From Eledone cirrhosa (Eukaryota), in the NCBI GenBank assembly GCA_964016885.1, contig OZ024742.1, positions 149,358,001 to 149,422,000 on the forward strand: 64,000 nt of DNA, written 5' to 3'. A program made the position numbers and the translations under genes. The notes beneath the pieces were generated by a model, which worked only from the letters and a program-made list of their open reading frames with translations, searched no databases and was not told where the DNA came from. The first letter of the stretch is position 1; the number at the start of each line of letters is the position of its first letter. This document shows, piece by piece, positions 26,007 through 40,680 of this stretch.

Positions 26007-27345
26007 ATCTGACTGGATACCTCACCCGAATGAATGCAACAAAGCGGATTCCGCTAAAGGCACCCAGGGACTAGGTAGTAGTGTTTGTGTATGCTGTCTG
26101 AACTAGTGACTGGTTAGAAGGTGTATGTAAATATTGGTGGTATAGACATATTCTGTAGATTAAAAAGGTGATTTGTCTGTCAGTGGCTATTTTTGGATGC
26201 GGTTTACTGTATTTGTGTGAGTAGTACCAGCATTGTTCTGAATATAGGAACAATACTTTAATGAAAATTATATTTGCGTTTTGTAGAGGATTATCAACTG
26301 ATCAAATCTAAAATATTTTGTTACCCAAAGGATTCTTTTTTTCTTTTTGATGGGGTAGTTTTACTGAGATTGTAGACGTATGTTTTTCGTAATAGGTTGT
26401 GAATTTGAAGGTGGGATCAGTTTATATGATCAACACGATAGGAGTGTTGCGAGATTAATTCCTTACATATATGTTATGGCTGTATTCTGGTAAAATTAAA
26501 GTAGACATTTTCCCTATTTAATGAAGAGGAAGGGCAGCACACATGACCTCGACAGGATTTGAACTCAAAACACAGGGAGCTGGAATAAATACCACAAGAC
26601 ATTTTGTTCGACGATTTAGCGCTATTGCCAATTCGCCGCTATACTAATTCTCATATCTACAGTGAAGAATGTTTTCAAAATCTCTGTTCATGGAAACAGT
26701 GGAAGTCTGGCGTGGATTATCTATATTGAGTATGGATCTCTCTTGTTCCTTGGGGCATTTAACAACAGATAGAGTTGTAGGGGCGTGAATTGGGTATATA
26801 AAACTTGGTGCAGCCCATCCCTCTCCAGGCTGGAATACAACCCATTTCTTCCAGAAAAAAAGAAAGAAGGAGAGAGAGAAAGATATATATGTATATATAT
26901 ATAAAGAAAGGCAGAAAAAGAATCGATCCCAGTACTGGACTGGTGCTTTATTTATGGACTCCGAAAGAATGAAATTTGATCTCGGTGGAATTTGAACTCC
27001 TTGAGCCGAACAAATACCTATGAATTATCTTTGCCAATTCACCACCTTGTCTTATTCCTTAGTTTCTTTTAGTCATTACTGCCAAGGCCATATTGGAACA
27101 CATGTGTGCGGAAAGGTTAAAAAACTGGTATCATGCAGAAAGGCATCAACTCAGACCTTTTTTGTAGGGTCTCTGAGACTTGTGAATGAAATGGAGGAAG
27201 AACCCACAAATTATCGGTTGCTGTAGTAGGACGCAGTGCTTCAAGATATCGAGCTAACCTGGAAGTAATAGCGACGAAGTCATTAATATTTAGAAGGAAA
27301 AGTATGAGAGACATTCGAATACTGAGTAACACCACAGTGTGACAA

Positions 27346-27382
<37 letters not shown>

Positions 27383-27505
27383 AAACGCCAGTACCAACAG
27401 TTTTGCAAGAGATGTCAACATGAATGGACCTGTTATTTTTATCTAAAGACATTTTTTCCAATTCCATCTCGCCCGTCCCCTCAATCTATTTTATTTCTCA
27501 TTCTT

Positions 27506-27541
27506 TCTTCTGATGAAGGACTAGCGTCAGAAACGTTAAGA
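27506..27541 (+). ncRNA. Ultra-minimal hammerhead, family G
   Basis: tctt-CTGATGA-aggactagcgtca-GAAAC-GTT-aaga. Loopless palindromic stem III AACGTT; stem II imperfect. Confidence 0.6.
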
Positions 27542-27645
27542 CCCTCTTCCTGCTATATCAAGCGTTAACCTAATATATACCTTCCATATACTGTACCGAT
27601 TGTGTTGTTATTTCTGTTTACCTTACACACACACACACATATATT

Positions 27646-27708
<63 letters not shown>

Positions 27709-27714
<6 letters not shown>

Positions 27715-27975
27715 TACATGAATCAAAGTTCAGTTTAAATCATTTATTTGCTTACAATTGTTTCCTCCAAACCGAGGTTAGGATTCTTCGGAGCAACTTT
27801 GATTCATGTAATTTCTATATAACTGCTCTGTAAAACAACTGATGTTATTACATTGAGCTATTTATCTTACTGGTAATAAGATAGTAATGAATTACTGTCT
27901 TTCACTATTTAGAGTTTAAATATATATAACCATAAAAGGTTTTATTATATACATAACCATAAATAGTATCCTTAA

Positions 27976-27980
<5 letters not shown>
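27709..27980. mobile_element. Family D pseudo-LTR with inversion; HHR at 27749-27795(-)
   Basis: 27709-27795 is collinear with 10010-10095. The sequence then switches to the reverse complement of 9838-10030. (TA)n on both sides. Confidence 0.75.
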
Positions 27981-28030
<50 letters not shown>

Positions 28031-28132
28031 ATACATTAACAGAGAAAGCTTTAAGCGATACTCTGACCAACTCCATCTCACTCAACAAACATTAGGATAT
28101 ACCTAAGTATAATCCCAATTAAGAGTTTGGGG

Positions 28133-28265
28133 TGCTAACTATATAGTATTCCGTGGAAAGTTGGTTGTATTATTTTATATGAGACATAATTAAATAAATC
28201 TCTCTTTCTTTCCATACGATCGTTTCGTTATAAGATTTCTACAAGTTGGGATAAATAATTATAAA

Positions 28266-28348
<83 letters not shown>

Positions 28349-28538
28349 TTATAAATATATATAAATAATTATAAATATTTATATATATATATATATATAT
28401 AAATATTTATAATTATTTATCCCAACTTGTAAAAATCTTATAACGAAACGATCGTATGGAAAGAAAGAGAGATTTATTTAATTATGTCTCATATAAAATA
28501 ATACAACCAACTTTCCACGGAATACTATATAGTTAGCA
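28133..28538. repeat. Inverted repeat (~135-bp arms) around a (TA)n tract; arms carry an HHR 3' half
   Basis: Arms are complementary; each has GAAAC-gatc-GTA-tggaa with no upstream CUGANGA. Confidence 0.85.
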
Positions 28539-28583
28539 TATATATATATATATATTTCGTTTCTGACCCTCCCAAAGCATAAC

Positions 28584-28615
<32 letters not shown>

Positions 28616-28667
28616 TATATATTTATATATATGTGAGAAAAACCACTGACCCTCCATCTCAACTCTA

Positions 28668-28703
28668 CTTTTGAAAAGCAGAAGAACTGCGAAACCGGTA
28701 AAG
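28668..28703 (+). ncRNA. Minimal hammerhead, family C (UUGAAAA, U3-A8 core)
   Basis: ctt-TTGAAAA-gcag aagaa ctgc-GAAAC-cg-GTA-aag-gaaccAAATAAA. Confidence 0.6.
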
Positions 28704-28772
28704 GAACCAAATAAATATATATATTTTTTAAAAAATAAGACTCCAGTTACATTTTTGATTTCAGCTTTTTTT

Positions 28773-28837
<65 letters not shown>

Positions 28838-29016
28838 TATAGTAACGTGCATTATTGGGTGTGTAAAATGTTCCAATAACTTTATGTTAGCAATATTAAG
28901 TTCTCCACGCTTTTGAATATCTCCAATTCCATTCGAGGGAACAGCTAGATGATGTAAAACGGAGTATAAGTATCAACATGAAAATCCGAAGGCAAGGTAA
29001 AATTCCAATCATTTAA

Positions 29017-29090
29017 TCACGACACATGTTTCGATAAGAGATAGATCGATTGTGAAGCCATGATCGATTATCACTGATCTCATCAGGTGA
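29017..29090 (-). ncRNA. Type I hammerhead with extended stems, family H
   Basis: tcac-CTGATGA-gatcagtgata atcgat..atcgat c tatctcttatc-GAAAC-atgt-GTC-gtga. Stem I extends further (gaatttgaaggcaa / ttgccttcggattt). Confidence 0.85.
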
Positions 29091-30524
29091 AAATGAATTG
29101 CCTTCAAATTCTTGATATGAGGGAGAAAAAATAACGATGTCTTCTCACATAATTAATTCCCTCATATGGAGACACACCAGTCAGTCAGAGACATGGCGAC
29201 TGCTATTAGCTTTAGTTGAGGTCATAAAAGTTTTCAGACTTCTATCGCTGCAAAAGACACTGGACATCAAACAAATGCGTAGGGATACAGTCAGTCACAG
29301 TTAGAAGTGAGTGGGTACACACACATTCCACACCCGCATACATCGGCTCGAGGTCAAAGAAAAATAAATACATATATATACACACACATCAACACAGTAT
29401 TAAACCCGCAGAATTAGCGTGGGTGGGTACACACACACTTTAACACACACCGAAGCGATATCCGAGAAAAATCACACATAAGAATGTACCAACACTGCAA
29501 TCACCGAAAAGTTAGTTGGCAAAGCAACAGAAGCTATGTCGGTCAAATCTCAATTTGACGATGTAAATCGGAAATATTGGGCTAACCAACGCTACACACA
29601 CATACACACACATACACACACACATACGCGCGTGCGCGCAAGTAAGTTCAGTTCAGTGTTCTGCTATACGTGTATAGATCCAATTGTAACATCCATATCT
29701 TCAAGTGTGTGTTATGGTAAATAGTATATACACATCCGAATCGTCCAAAGAATGGGGGGGGGGGGGTGTCCGGGCATATACACATCCATGTGAAGAGCAA
29801 GCAATCAGCTCATGTCGAATTCCTTGTGTACTGTTGTCCAGTTGAGAATCAGAATCACCAAATCCGTGTGTGCAAGCAACTGCAATGTGGGCCGGCAAAG
29901 GGCTCTAATATAGGGTTGGGTATAGGGTAAATGAGTCCGCAAGTGCGATCTCCCGCCACATGGGCCAATGAGCTTTTAAGATAGTTGTTTGAGTGGTGGA
30001 GGTGTGTTATTCAGCATAGAAGGTAAAGTATGAAAATACAGGATAGTGAAAACCAAAGGATGTGTGTAGGCCCATTAATTGTGTGTCAGTATCGTTGTTC
30101 AATCCGTAACAGTGAGTCCTCCATGGTTAGATGACCACGCATCAAAGCCTGGTGTAGTGTTCAGTCGGTAGGAACGTGACATCCGTAAATGTGGGAGCTC
30201 AATGTCTAAAGGAAGTGGGTACTGTGTGTAGAGCTATGTATAGGGAGCGTAATCGGACCTAACTAAGTGTGTAATCAATCTAACTATTTACTAGCTAGGT
30301 ATTCTAAAAGAGAGCACTCAGCTGTGAGAACTCCGTGGAAACAGGCCGAGTATCTTTGCAAGTGCGCAAACAATCTTAGCCGTCTAACTACCTAAGTGTG
30401 TGACTGTCCGTTTATTGAGAGAACTTTATGGCTAAAGTAGAGAGGGAGGAGTTATTGGTAGGTTACCTTCCAAAAATCCTGCGGAATGTTTTCGAGGTTC
30501 TATGTTGACAGTTGCTGAAAAAAT

Positions 30525-31720
30525 CTGGCAGGAAGGTATACGTTGCTGACGATAGCTAATAAGCTTGAAACTAGTACAGCGTTCCTTTGTCAGTGTTGAA
30601 TAAATGAGCAACGATGGTTGCTAGACACTGTACGGCTTAATTCGGGATGTTTGTTTACAAACACACCGAGCATTATAATAAATGTTCGATGAATCCATAC
30701 GTACATATATATATATATATGTGCATGTATGTATATATACATACTACTGTACGTCTGTATACATATATGTATGTACGTATACATACTTATATTTAAGTAA
30801 CAGCCGTACTAAGAGTGAGAAATGAAATTTCGTTTCATTTTTTCCGTTTAGCGTTTTCGGTGTGCCTGGCCGATTAACTCACTCGATATGCAAATTAGGC
30901 TACTCAGGCGTTAATATGCACAAGGAAAGTATATACTTTCAGACGTTCAATCATCTGGCAGGAAGGTATACGTTGCTGACGATAGCTAATAAGCTTGAAA
31001 CTAATACAGCGTTACTTTGTCAGTGTTGAATAAACGAGCAACGATGGCTGCTAGACACTGTACGGCTTAATTCGGGATGTTTGTTTACAAACACACCGAG
31101 CATTATAATAAATGTTCGGTGAATCCATACGTACATATATATATATGTGTGCATGTATGTATATATATATATACATACTACTGTACGTCTGTATACATAT
31201 ATGTATGTACGTATACATACTTATATTTAAGTAACAGCCGTACTAAGAGTGGGAAATGAAATTTCGTTTCATTTTTTCCGTTTATCGTTTTCGGTGCGCC
31301 CGGCCGATTAACTCGCTCGATATGCAAATTAGGCTGCTCAGCCGTTAATATGCATAAAGAAGTATATACTTTCAGACGTTCAATCATCTGGCAGGAAGGT
31401 ATACGTTGCTGACGATAGCTAATAAGCTTGAAACTAGTACAGCGTTCCTTTGTCAGTGTTGAACAAATGAGCAACGATGGTTGCTAGACACTGTACGGCT
31501 TAATTCGGGATGTTTGTTTACAAACACACCGAGCATTATAATAAATGTTCGGTGAATCCATACGTACATATATATATATGTGTGCATGTATGTATATATA
31601 TATATATACATACTACTGTACGTCTGTATACATATATGTATGTACGTATACATACTTATATTTAAGTAACAGCCGTACTAAGAGTGGGAAATGAAATTTC
31701 GTTTCATTTTTTTCCGTTTA
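30525..31720 (+). mobile_element. Tandem array of ~430-bp HHR family B units (retrozyme/pseudo-LTR-like)
   Basis: HHRs at 30541-30581, 30971-31011 (GTA mutated to ATA) and 31404-31444; periods 430 and 433. Confidence 0.85.
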
Positions 31721-31965
31721 TATTTATATATATATATATATATTTATATAAAATATTAAACAAATAATGAATAAAACAATGAAACAGTTCCTTATATTAA
31801 ACAAAAAAAGTTCATTATTTAACGATCGTTTCTAGGATATATATGTGTTAGAATTGGCATGCATATTCAACAGATCTATCCGGAATACATTGAGTTCTTC
31901 ATACGGATTGGACACTACCGTAAACTCTTGGTAGATTTATCTACATATATATTTATATATATATA

Positions 31966-32034
<69 letters not shown>

Positions 32035-32133
32035 TTATATATATATATATAAATATATATATATATTTATATATATTTATATATATATATATTTATATAT
32101 ATTTATATATTTATATATATATATATTTATATA

Positions 32134-32174
<41 letters not shown>

Positions 32175-32217
32175 TTATATATATATATATTTATATATAT
32201 TTATATATATATATTTA

Positions 32218-34109
<1,892 letters not shown>

Positions 34110-36061
34110 GATAATAACCAGGGGCGGTGAATTGGAAATTTGTTCTGGGTCTCGGTGTCATGAGTTTAAATCCCGCTGAGGTCAACTTTATCTTTCATCC
34201 TTTCAGTGTAGATAAATAAAGTACCACACGAGGGCGATGAATTGGCGGTGTTATAAAAAGCGTTTGTATTTCTTTCGGCTCTTGGCGTTCTGAGTACGCT
34301 TGAATCGTCACTAATGCCAAACAATATCGATGGCGTGAGAAGTGTGACTTTCACATATGGGCAACTGTTGGTTTTCCATAAAACTCCGTGTCGAAGCCTG
34401 CGCCCCGGAGAGGAACTTACCACGTACAAACCCTTGGTGAGCCGTGCACGAAGAAGCGATACTTTCAAAACATGATATTCAGATTTAATCCATAAACAAA
34501 TAAATCAAACTATTTTTGTGGACTCGAACATTCCAATGTATATTAGAAACCCACACCTATATACTTCACAAACACCTATGCATTTGAAAAACTCCCATAA
34601 AAAAAAATAGGCTTAACATCTCAATGAACCTTAATGGGTTTTATATTCCCATGTTTCACTTTAAAGTACATAAAACACTAGTTAAGAAATTATTATCTCA
34701 CAAGTTTATGCATATAATAGTTTAATAGATATTTGTAGAAATTAGTATTGCTTTATGAGAACATTGTTGAATATATGAAATTATTTCTCAGACACATATA
34801 CTAGGTGACACGAATAACTGAGCTAAAATGAAGACATAATGATTTCTACTATAGGCACAAGGTCAGTAATTTGGGGCGATGGGAAAGTCTATTAAATCGA
34901 CGCCAGTGAATTACTGGTGCTTTATTTTATCAACCCCGTAAGGATGAAAGGCAAAGTTAAACTCGGTGGAATTTGAACTCAGAAGAACGTAAAGGATCAT
35001 AACTTTATGCTCCGAATGAAGACAAATAATTGTTTCTACTTTTGGCACAAGGTCAGCAATTATCCAAGTACATTACTGGTACTTTATTTTATCGATCCCG
35101 TAAGTATGAAAGGCACAAGACCTGCAATTTATGGGGAGGGTAAGTCGATTATATCTACCTCAGTACTTGACTGGTACTTTATTTTATCGATGTCGGAAAG
35201 ATAAAATGCAAAGTTGGCTTCGGCAGGATTTGAAAGTAGAAAGCCGGAACAAATATCGCAAAGCTCTAACGATTCTGCCAATCCACTAATTTTACAATAA
35301 TAATTGTTTCTACTTTACTGGTGCTTTATTTTATCGACCCCGTAAGGATGAAAGGCAAAACTAACCTCTGAGGGATTTGAACTCAGAACGTAAAGGGCAA
35401 TAACTCTATGCTGCAAAGCATGGTGTCTGACGCTCTACCGATACTGCCAAAGGCCTGCAAGTTGAGGTGAGGAGATCGTTGATAAGATCGACCTAGAATT
35501 TGACTGCTATTTTATTTCATCGATCCCCGAATGATGAAATGCAAAGTTGACCCCAGGGGGATTTAAAATCAGAATGTAAAGAGCTGGAACTAAATTCAGT
35601 AATATATATTTCGACCGATGCTCTAACGCCTCTGCCAATGCATCGCCATAGCAACAGAAGAAGAAGAAGAAGAAGAAGAAGAAGAAGAAGAAGAAGAAGA
35701 AGAAGAAGGCCACAGGGTTGTTCGTTATATTGTAATGTTTATATTCAGGTAAGTCAATCAATAATTAAGTTAGACAAACATTTCATTTTTTTCGGTTAAT
35801 ACATGGGAGAAGACGAGGCTTTTAAGGTTGCCATTATACTTGCTACTCAGCCATTTCTCCATTCCCTCTTTATCAGGGCTAACGTTAAGGCACTAAGGAT
35901 CATTTGGAGTCCATCTTAATTTCAATGTAATATCCTACTATGTGCTCCCCACTTCCTACCTGAAGTCATTACCCAACGACCAACTACAGATGGTAGACAT
36001 ATTATCGCGAGACACCTGACGCCCGGTCTGGTTTGGCAGTATTTTACTTCCCATTCACCCA

Positions 36062-36135
<74 letters not shown>

Positions 36136-36168
36136 GTAAACACACACACATATATATGTATATATATG

Positions 36169-36246
<78 letters not shown>

Positions 36247-36380
36247 TGTATGTATGTATGTATGTATGTATGTATGTATGTGTATGAATGTGTGTATGTT
36301 TGTAGGAATGTGCACATTTAAAACACTGTCAGACCAGACGTGTCAGGTGACTAATGTTAATTGGGCTGCCACACATCCAC

Positions 36381-36454
<74 letters not shown>

Positions 36455-36525
36455 CTCTATCTATCTATCTTAATATATATAGATATATATAAATACATAT
36501 ATAAATACATACGCATACACTCATA

Positions 36526-36619
<94 letters not shown>

Positions 36620-37030
36620 CACACACACACTAACATATACACACACTAACATATACACACACACTAACATATACACACACTAACACACGCACAGAGACAC
36701 ACGCACACACACTTACATAAATATACTCTTTTATCTGTTCCAGCCTTCGGCCAGTAGCAATACCGGGATACTACAATTAATGCCACACTTCCTTTAGCTT
36801 CCTTGGTTGGCCTTTGATGAATGGGTCAGTTTGACACTGTTGCCGTCATTTGTTTTTCTTGTAGACTCGTCTGGGATCTAAGACGAGTTATTAAAGTGTT
36901 GTTGGCTCATGAACCTCAAACTATTGCAGTATCCAGTCATAGAATTGTTAGAGTGTCGGACAAAATGCTTTGTGGTACATGTTCAAGCATTTTGCGTTCC
37001 TAGTTCAAATTCCACCTAGAAATTCAAATA

Positions 37031-37383
37031 CAGTGTACCCCCGGCATTCACGGCCCCGTCATTCGCGGAATTTTCCTTAGAACCTAACTAAATATTGTTC
37101 GTACAAACCACCGCACATTCGCGGGATCGAAAATATCTTCCGTGATTTTTTTGCGGCTTTTTTCGTGGCAATATATATATTTTTTAACACTAAATTATTA
37201 ATAACAATATAGCGTATTTGCAAGCCTATTGGAAGCCCCTTCAGATAAGACGCTCCCTCTTATATGCTACGTTATATTTTGACGTTTATAGATCTTTTTA
37301 TGGACCACATCCAATATTCGCGGTTTTTCACTCTGCGTAGGTGCTCTAGGAACGTAAACCACGCGAATACCGGGGGACAACTG
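37031..37383. mobile_element. pogo/Tigger-like MITE
   Basis: TA-CAGTGTACCCCCGGCATTCACGG ... CGCGAATACCGGGGGACAACTG-TA. Confidence 0.75.
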
Positions 37384-37630
37384 TACTACCGATGGTCATA
37401 TAATTGCTGTTTAAGCACGTATATGGGGATAAACACTGTGGGTATCGAATTGCATCTCTTTCTCAACACTGATGAAACTCACTATTAGTTTGGTCTCTGA
37501 GTTTGAGAAATATTAAAAACATCCACAGCAACGAGAAAGCGACAGCTTAATATAAGAATGACTGCTGGTTGATTCGTGAGTTAGTAGAGTTATTAATGAT
37601 GTTTGTTATTCCTGTTTTCTACGAACTAAG

Positions 37631-38218
37631 AGATGTTGAGGGCGATAGACAGGAATGTATATATATATATATATATATATGTGTATAGAAATTTCGTATT
37701 TCGAAAGAAATACAATTTTAGGAAGCCGTAGCTATCCGAACACCGTGGGGCTAACGCCCTCTGGTGTTGTCCAGCAGAAACAAGGGGGACAACCGTCTAT
37801 GCATTTCAGGCTTAACTGGCCATCATCAGGACGATCCTCCCACTGCTCTGCGACTGCTGGACTTGAAAACAGCCGAGAATATATAGTTTTCTCGTCTGTG
37901 TAAATGAGGCGATTAATCTCATTTGCATATGAAGCTGCATAAGTTGGCTCAACTTATAATAGAAAAGAAATAAGATTTCGCTTCAAGCATAGCTTTATAC
38001 AATATGTATAGAAATTTCGTATTCTTGGCTGTTTTCAAGTTCAGCAGTCGCAGAGCAGTGGGAGGGGTCGTCCTGACGATGGCCAGTTAAGCCTGAAATG
38101 CATAGACGGTTGTCCCCCCTTGTTTCTGCTGGACAACACCAGAGGGCGTTAGCCCCACGGTGTTCGGATAGCTACGGCTTCCTAAAATCGTATTTCTTTC
38201 GAAATACGAAATTTCTAT

Positions 38219-38314
<96 letters not shown>

Positions 38315-38338
38315 TCCTGTCTATCGCCCTCAACATCT
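37631..38338. mobile_element. Family F element as an inverted repeat; HHRs at 37794-37833(-) and 38069-38108(+)
   Basis: cgtc-CTGAYGA-tggccagttaagcct-GAAAT-gc-ATA-gacg in both arms; ~140-bp spacer. Confidence 0.85.
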
Positions 38339-38357
38339 ATATATATATATATATATA

Positions 38358-40680
38358 AATTACAGAATAATCAAAACTATGTTCAAAACATTTTATTGCT
38401 GACAATCGTTTCTTCCAAACTTTCATTTGGACCCATCGGAGCACTAGTAAAGTTTAGACATATAATTAACCTTCTATTCCACAGAACAATTGTAAAGATA
38501 CGTAGATGTTAGTGTTGTCAGTGGATGCGACAAAGATTATAAACGAATAATACAACAATTATAGAGGAATTAAAGAAGAAAGTTACTCGCAAAATGAGGA
38601 CATTAGCGGTACATATGCAAACGTATGGAAAGAGTGCAGAGGTATTAGGCATGTACAGAATAACCAGGTAAGAAACAATCAATGGTACTAAGCATATATA
38701 TCACAGTATGGCAAAGGTATCACATAATACAATACAGGTATAAAAGCATATTAAGCAGAGAGAGATGCGTGGGTATGAAAAGCAGTTTGTATGAAGTTTA
38801 TGGTGGATGCAATGTGATAATTGTTCCGGTAATGTTCAAATGTGCATGTGTTGTTAGTATTAATATTCTAAGGTGTTCCTTTCCATTACATTGGTTATAT
38901 TTTAGTAAATGTTTATTAGTAGCTATAACTATGGATTGTATATTGGTCCTATTACAATCTTATCAAGGGTTCGAGTTGTTCTAGAGTGATCTGTCTAACG
39001 GTTTAATTTCAGGAAGTGATTAGAGATCTATACTAAGGGGAGTTAATGTGAAAGGGGAGATAATTGGCGATTAATTTGTATATAAGAGAAAAATGTATAG
39101 TTGTTTGCAACTCCAATTAGTTAAATTCTATGTGTTAATATACAATATATTATGTTATAAGTGAATCCTTTTATATAATGCTATTTATCTTTAAATTTAT
39201 ATACATTTTAAATACAATCTTTTCTCCATATAATACCTTAAAGGTCTCATTTTATCACTAGCTACCCATATATTAATTAAATGAATAAAATATTAGTAAG
39301 GAAGTTATTGTAGTTATATTAATGGTGGTAACTTTATGTTTATTCCCAATAGTTATTGTAGAGTATAAGATCTGAGATAAATAGGAGGTAAGTTAATGAA
39401 TAATCTTATCATAGAATGTGATGATGTGGGGCTAATTATATGCTGATAAAACCTAGAGGTAAAGTGTTAACGGTGGTGAGGAATCCAGATCTGACATTGT
39501 TATACACTAGCAGCTAGGTTTGAAGTTGTGGAAAGAGTGTTGGTGGTAGTGTTGGTACATGGAAAAAAATTCGAATTTTCTATTTAAAAGGTTTAGCTTA
39601 GAATAGATTATAGTGCGAGTCTCTAGAAGACAGAGGTTACATAATTTATTCGGTGGTTTATACGATGCGGCCTTATCTATTACCACCCATTGAAGTGTAT
39701 ATGTTCTATTCTTAGTTTTCAGAGAGTGTATGTAGTTAGATAAAGAAGTGGAGTTGGCTAGATGGCGATTTTTGAAAGTGTGGAGATGCGAGTTATATCT
39801 CGTTTTGAAGCAGTTCGAAGTAGAACGGATATATGTTTTTGAAGTGTTGTTTGTAATGACTGTGCATGTGTAAATGATGTCTTTGCTTAAGCAATTTTTT
39901 CCTAAGGGGAAAGTTCTATTTGTTCTACAAATACAGTTATTTTGGTTGTTTATTTGCTGGTTAATAGGTTGTGTAGATGCATGGTTGTTAGGGATAGCAT
40001 TAGGGTAATGATGATTATCATTCCCATTGTTATTAATTTCATTAGTGATTTACTAATATTATTATTGCTACTAGAATTCCCTGGTACTATGTTGCCCTGT
40101 AAGTTCACCCCTTGTTGCGATTTAATTAGTTGGAAATAATTATTAATCTTCCTTTTATTACTACTATCTATGCGATGTTAGGTATGGTAGAGTAAGAGAT
40201 TTTAATGGTATTTTTATTGATAAGATTATGGTATTTGTGGCCGACGGGGAAGTTTTTTTCTAAGATTGAGAAGAAAGCCTTAAGCAAGTTGGTAGAAACG
40301 TTTAGATTGAAAGGGGGATTGAAAAATGTATTAATTCTTCTTCTATTTTTGTTTTTTTGTAATGTTATTTGAGGTATTGTTTATATTTCTGTTTATATTA
40401 TTATTATTGGGGTGTTTATTTTGGTGCGAGTTAAGTTTGATATTACCCTTCGTACTAGAGTTAGAGTGGCTAGTACTTTTATTACTTTTATTCATGGCCA
40501 TATTGTGAGAAATAATGTTGTAGCTAGGTGATTTTATAGGTAAAAATCTAATTTTATTTTTATGGCCTGATCGAGCTAAGGCATCATTATAGTATTGGGA
40601 TTACTGTTAAATATAGTTTCATTACATGATAGAGTAGAAATTCTATTAGATATTCCTTTAGTAATTGAGTTTAATATATC
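38358..40680 (-). pseudogene. Penelope-like element 3' part: RT thumb, Cys-rich linker, GIY-YIG endonuclease, long 3' region, terminal HHR (38397-38443)
   Basis: Minus-strand translation: SNRISTLSCNETIF..YNDALARSG; FNPPFNLNVSTNLLKAFFSILEKNFPVGHKYHNLINKNTIKISYS; NCICRTNRTFPLGKNCLSKDIIYTCTV..YIRST..FKTRYNSH..STSLSNYIHSLK..W..LCNLCLLE..LLNRK. Neptune/Nematis-type; stops and frameshifts present. Confidence 0.85.
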
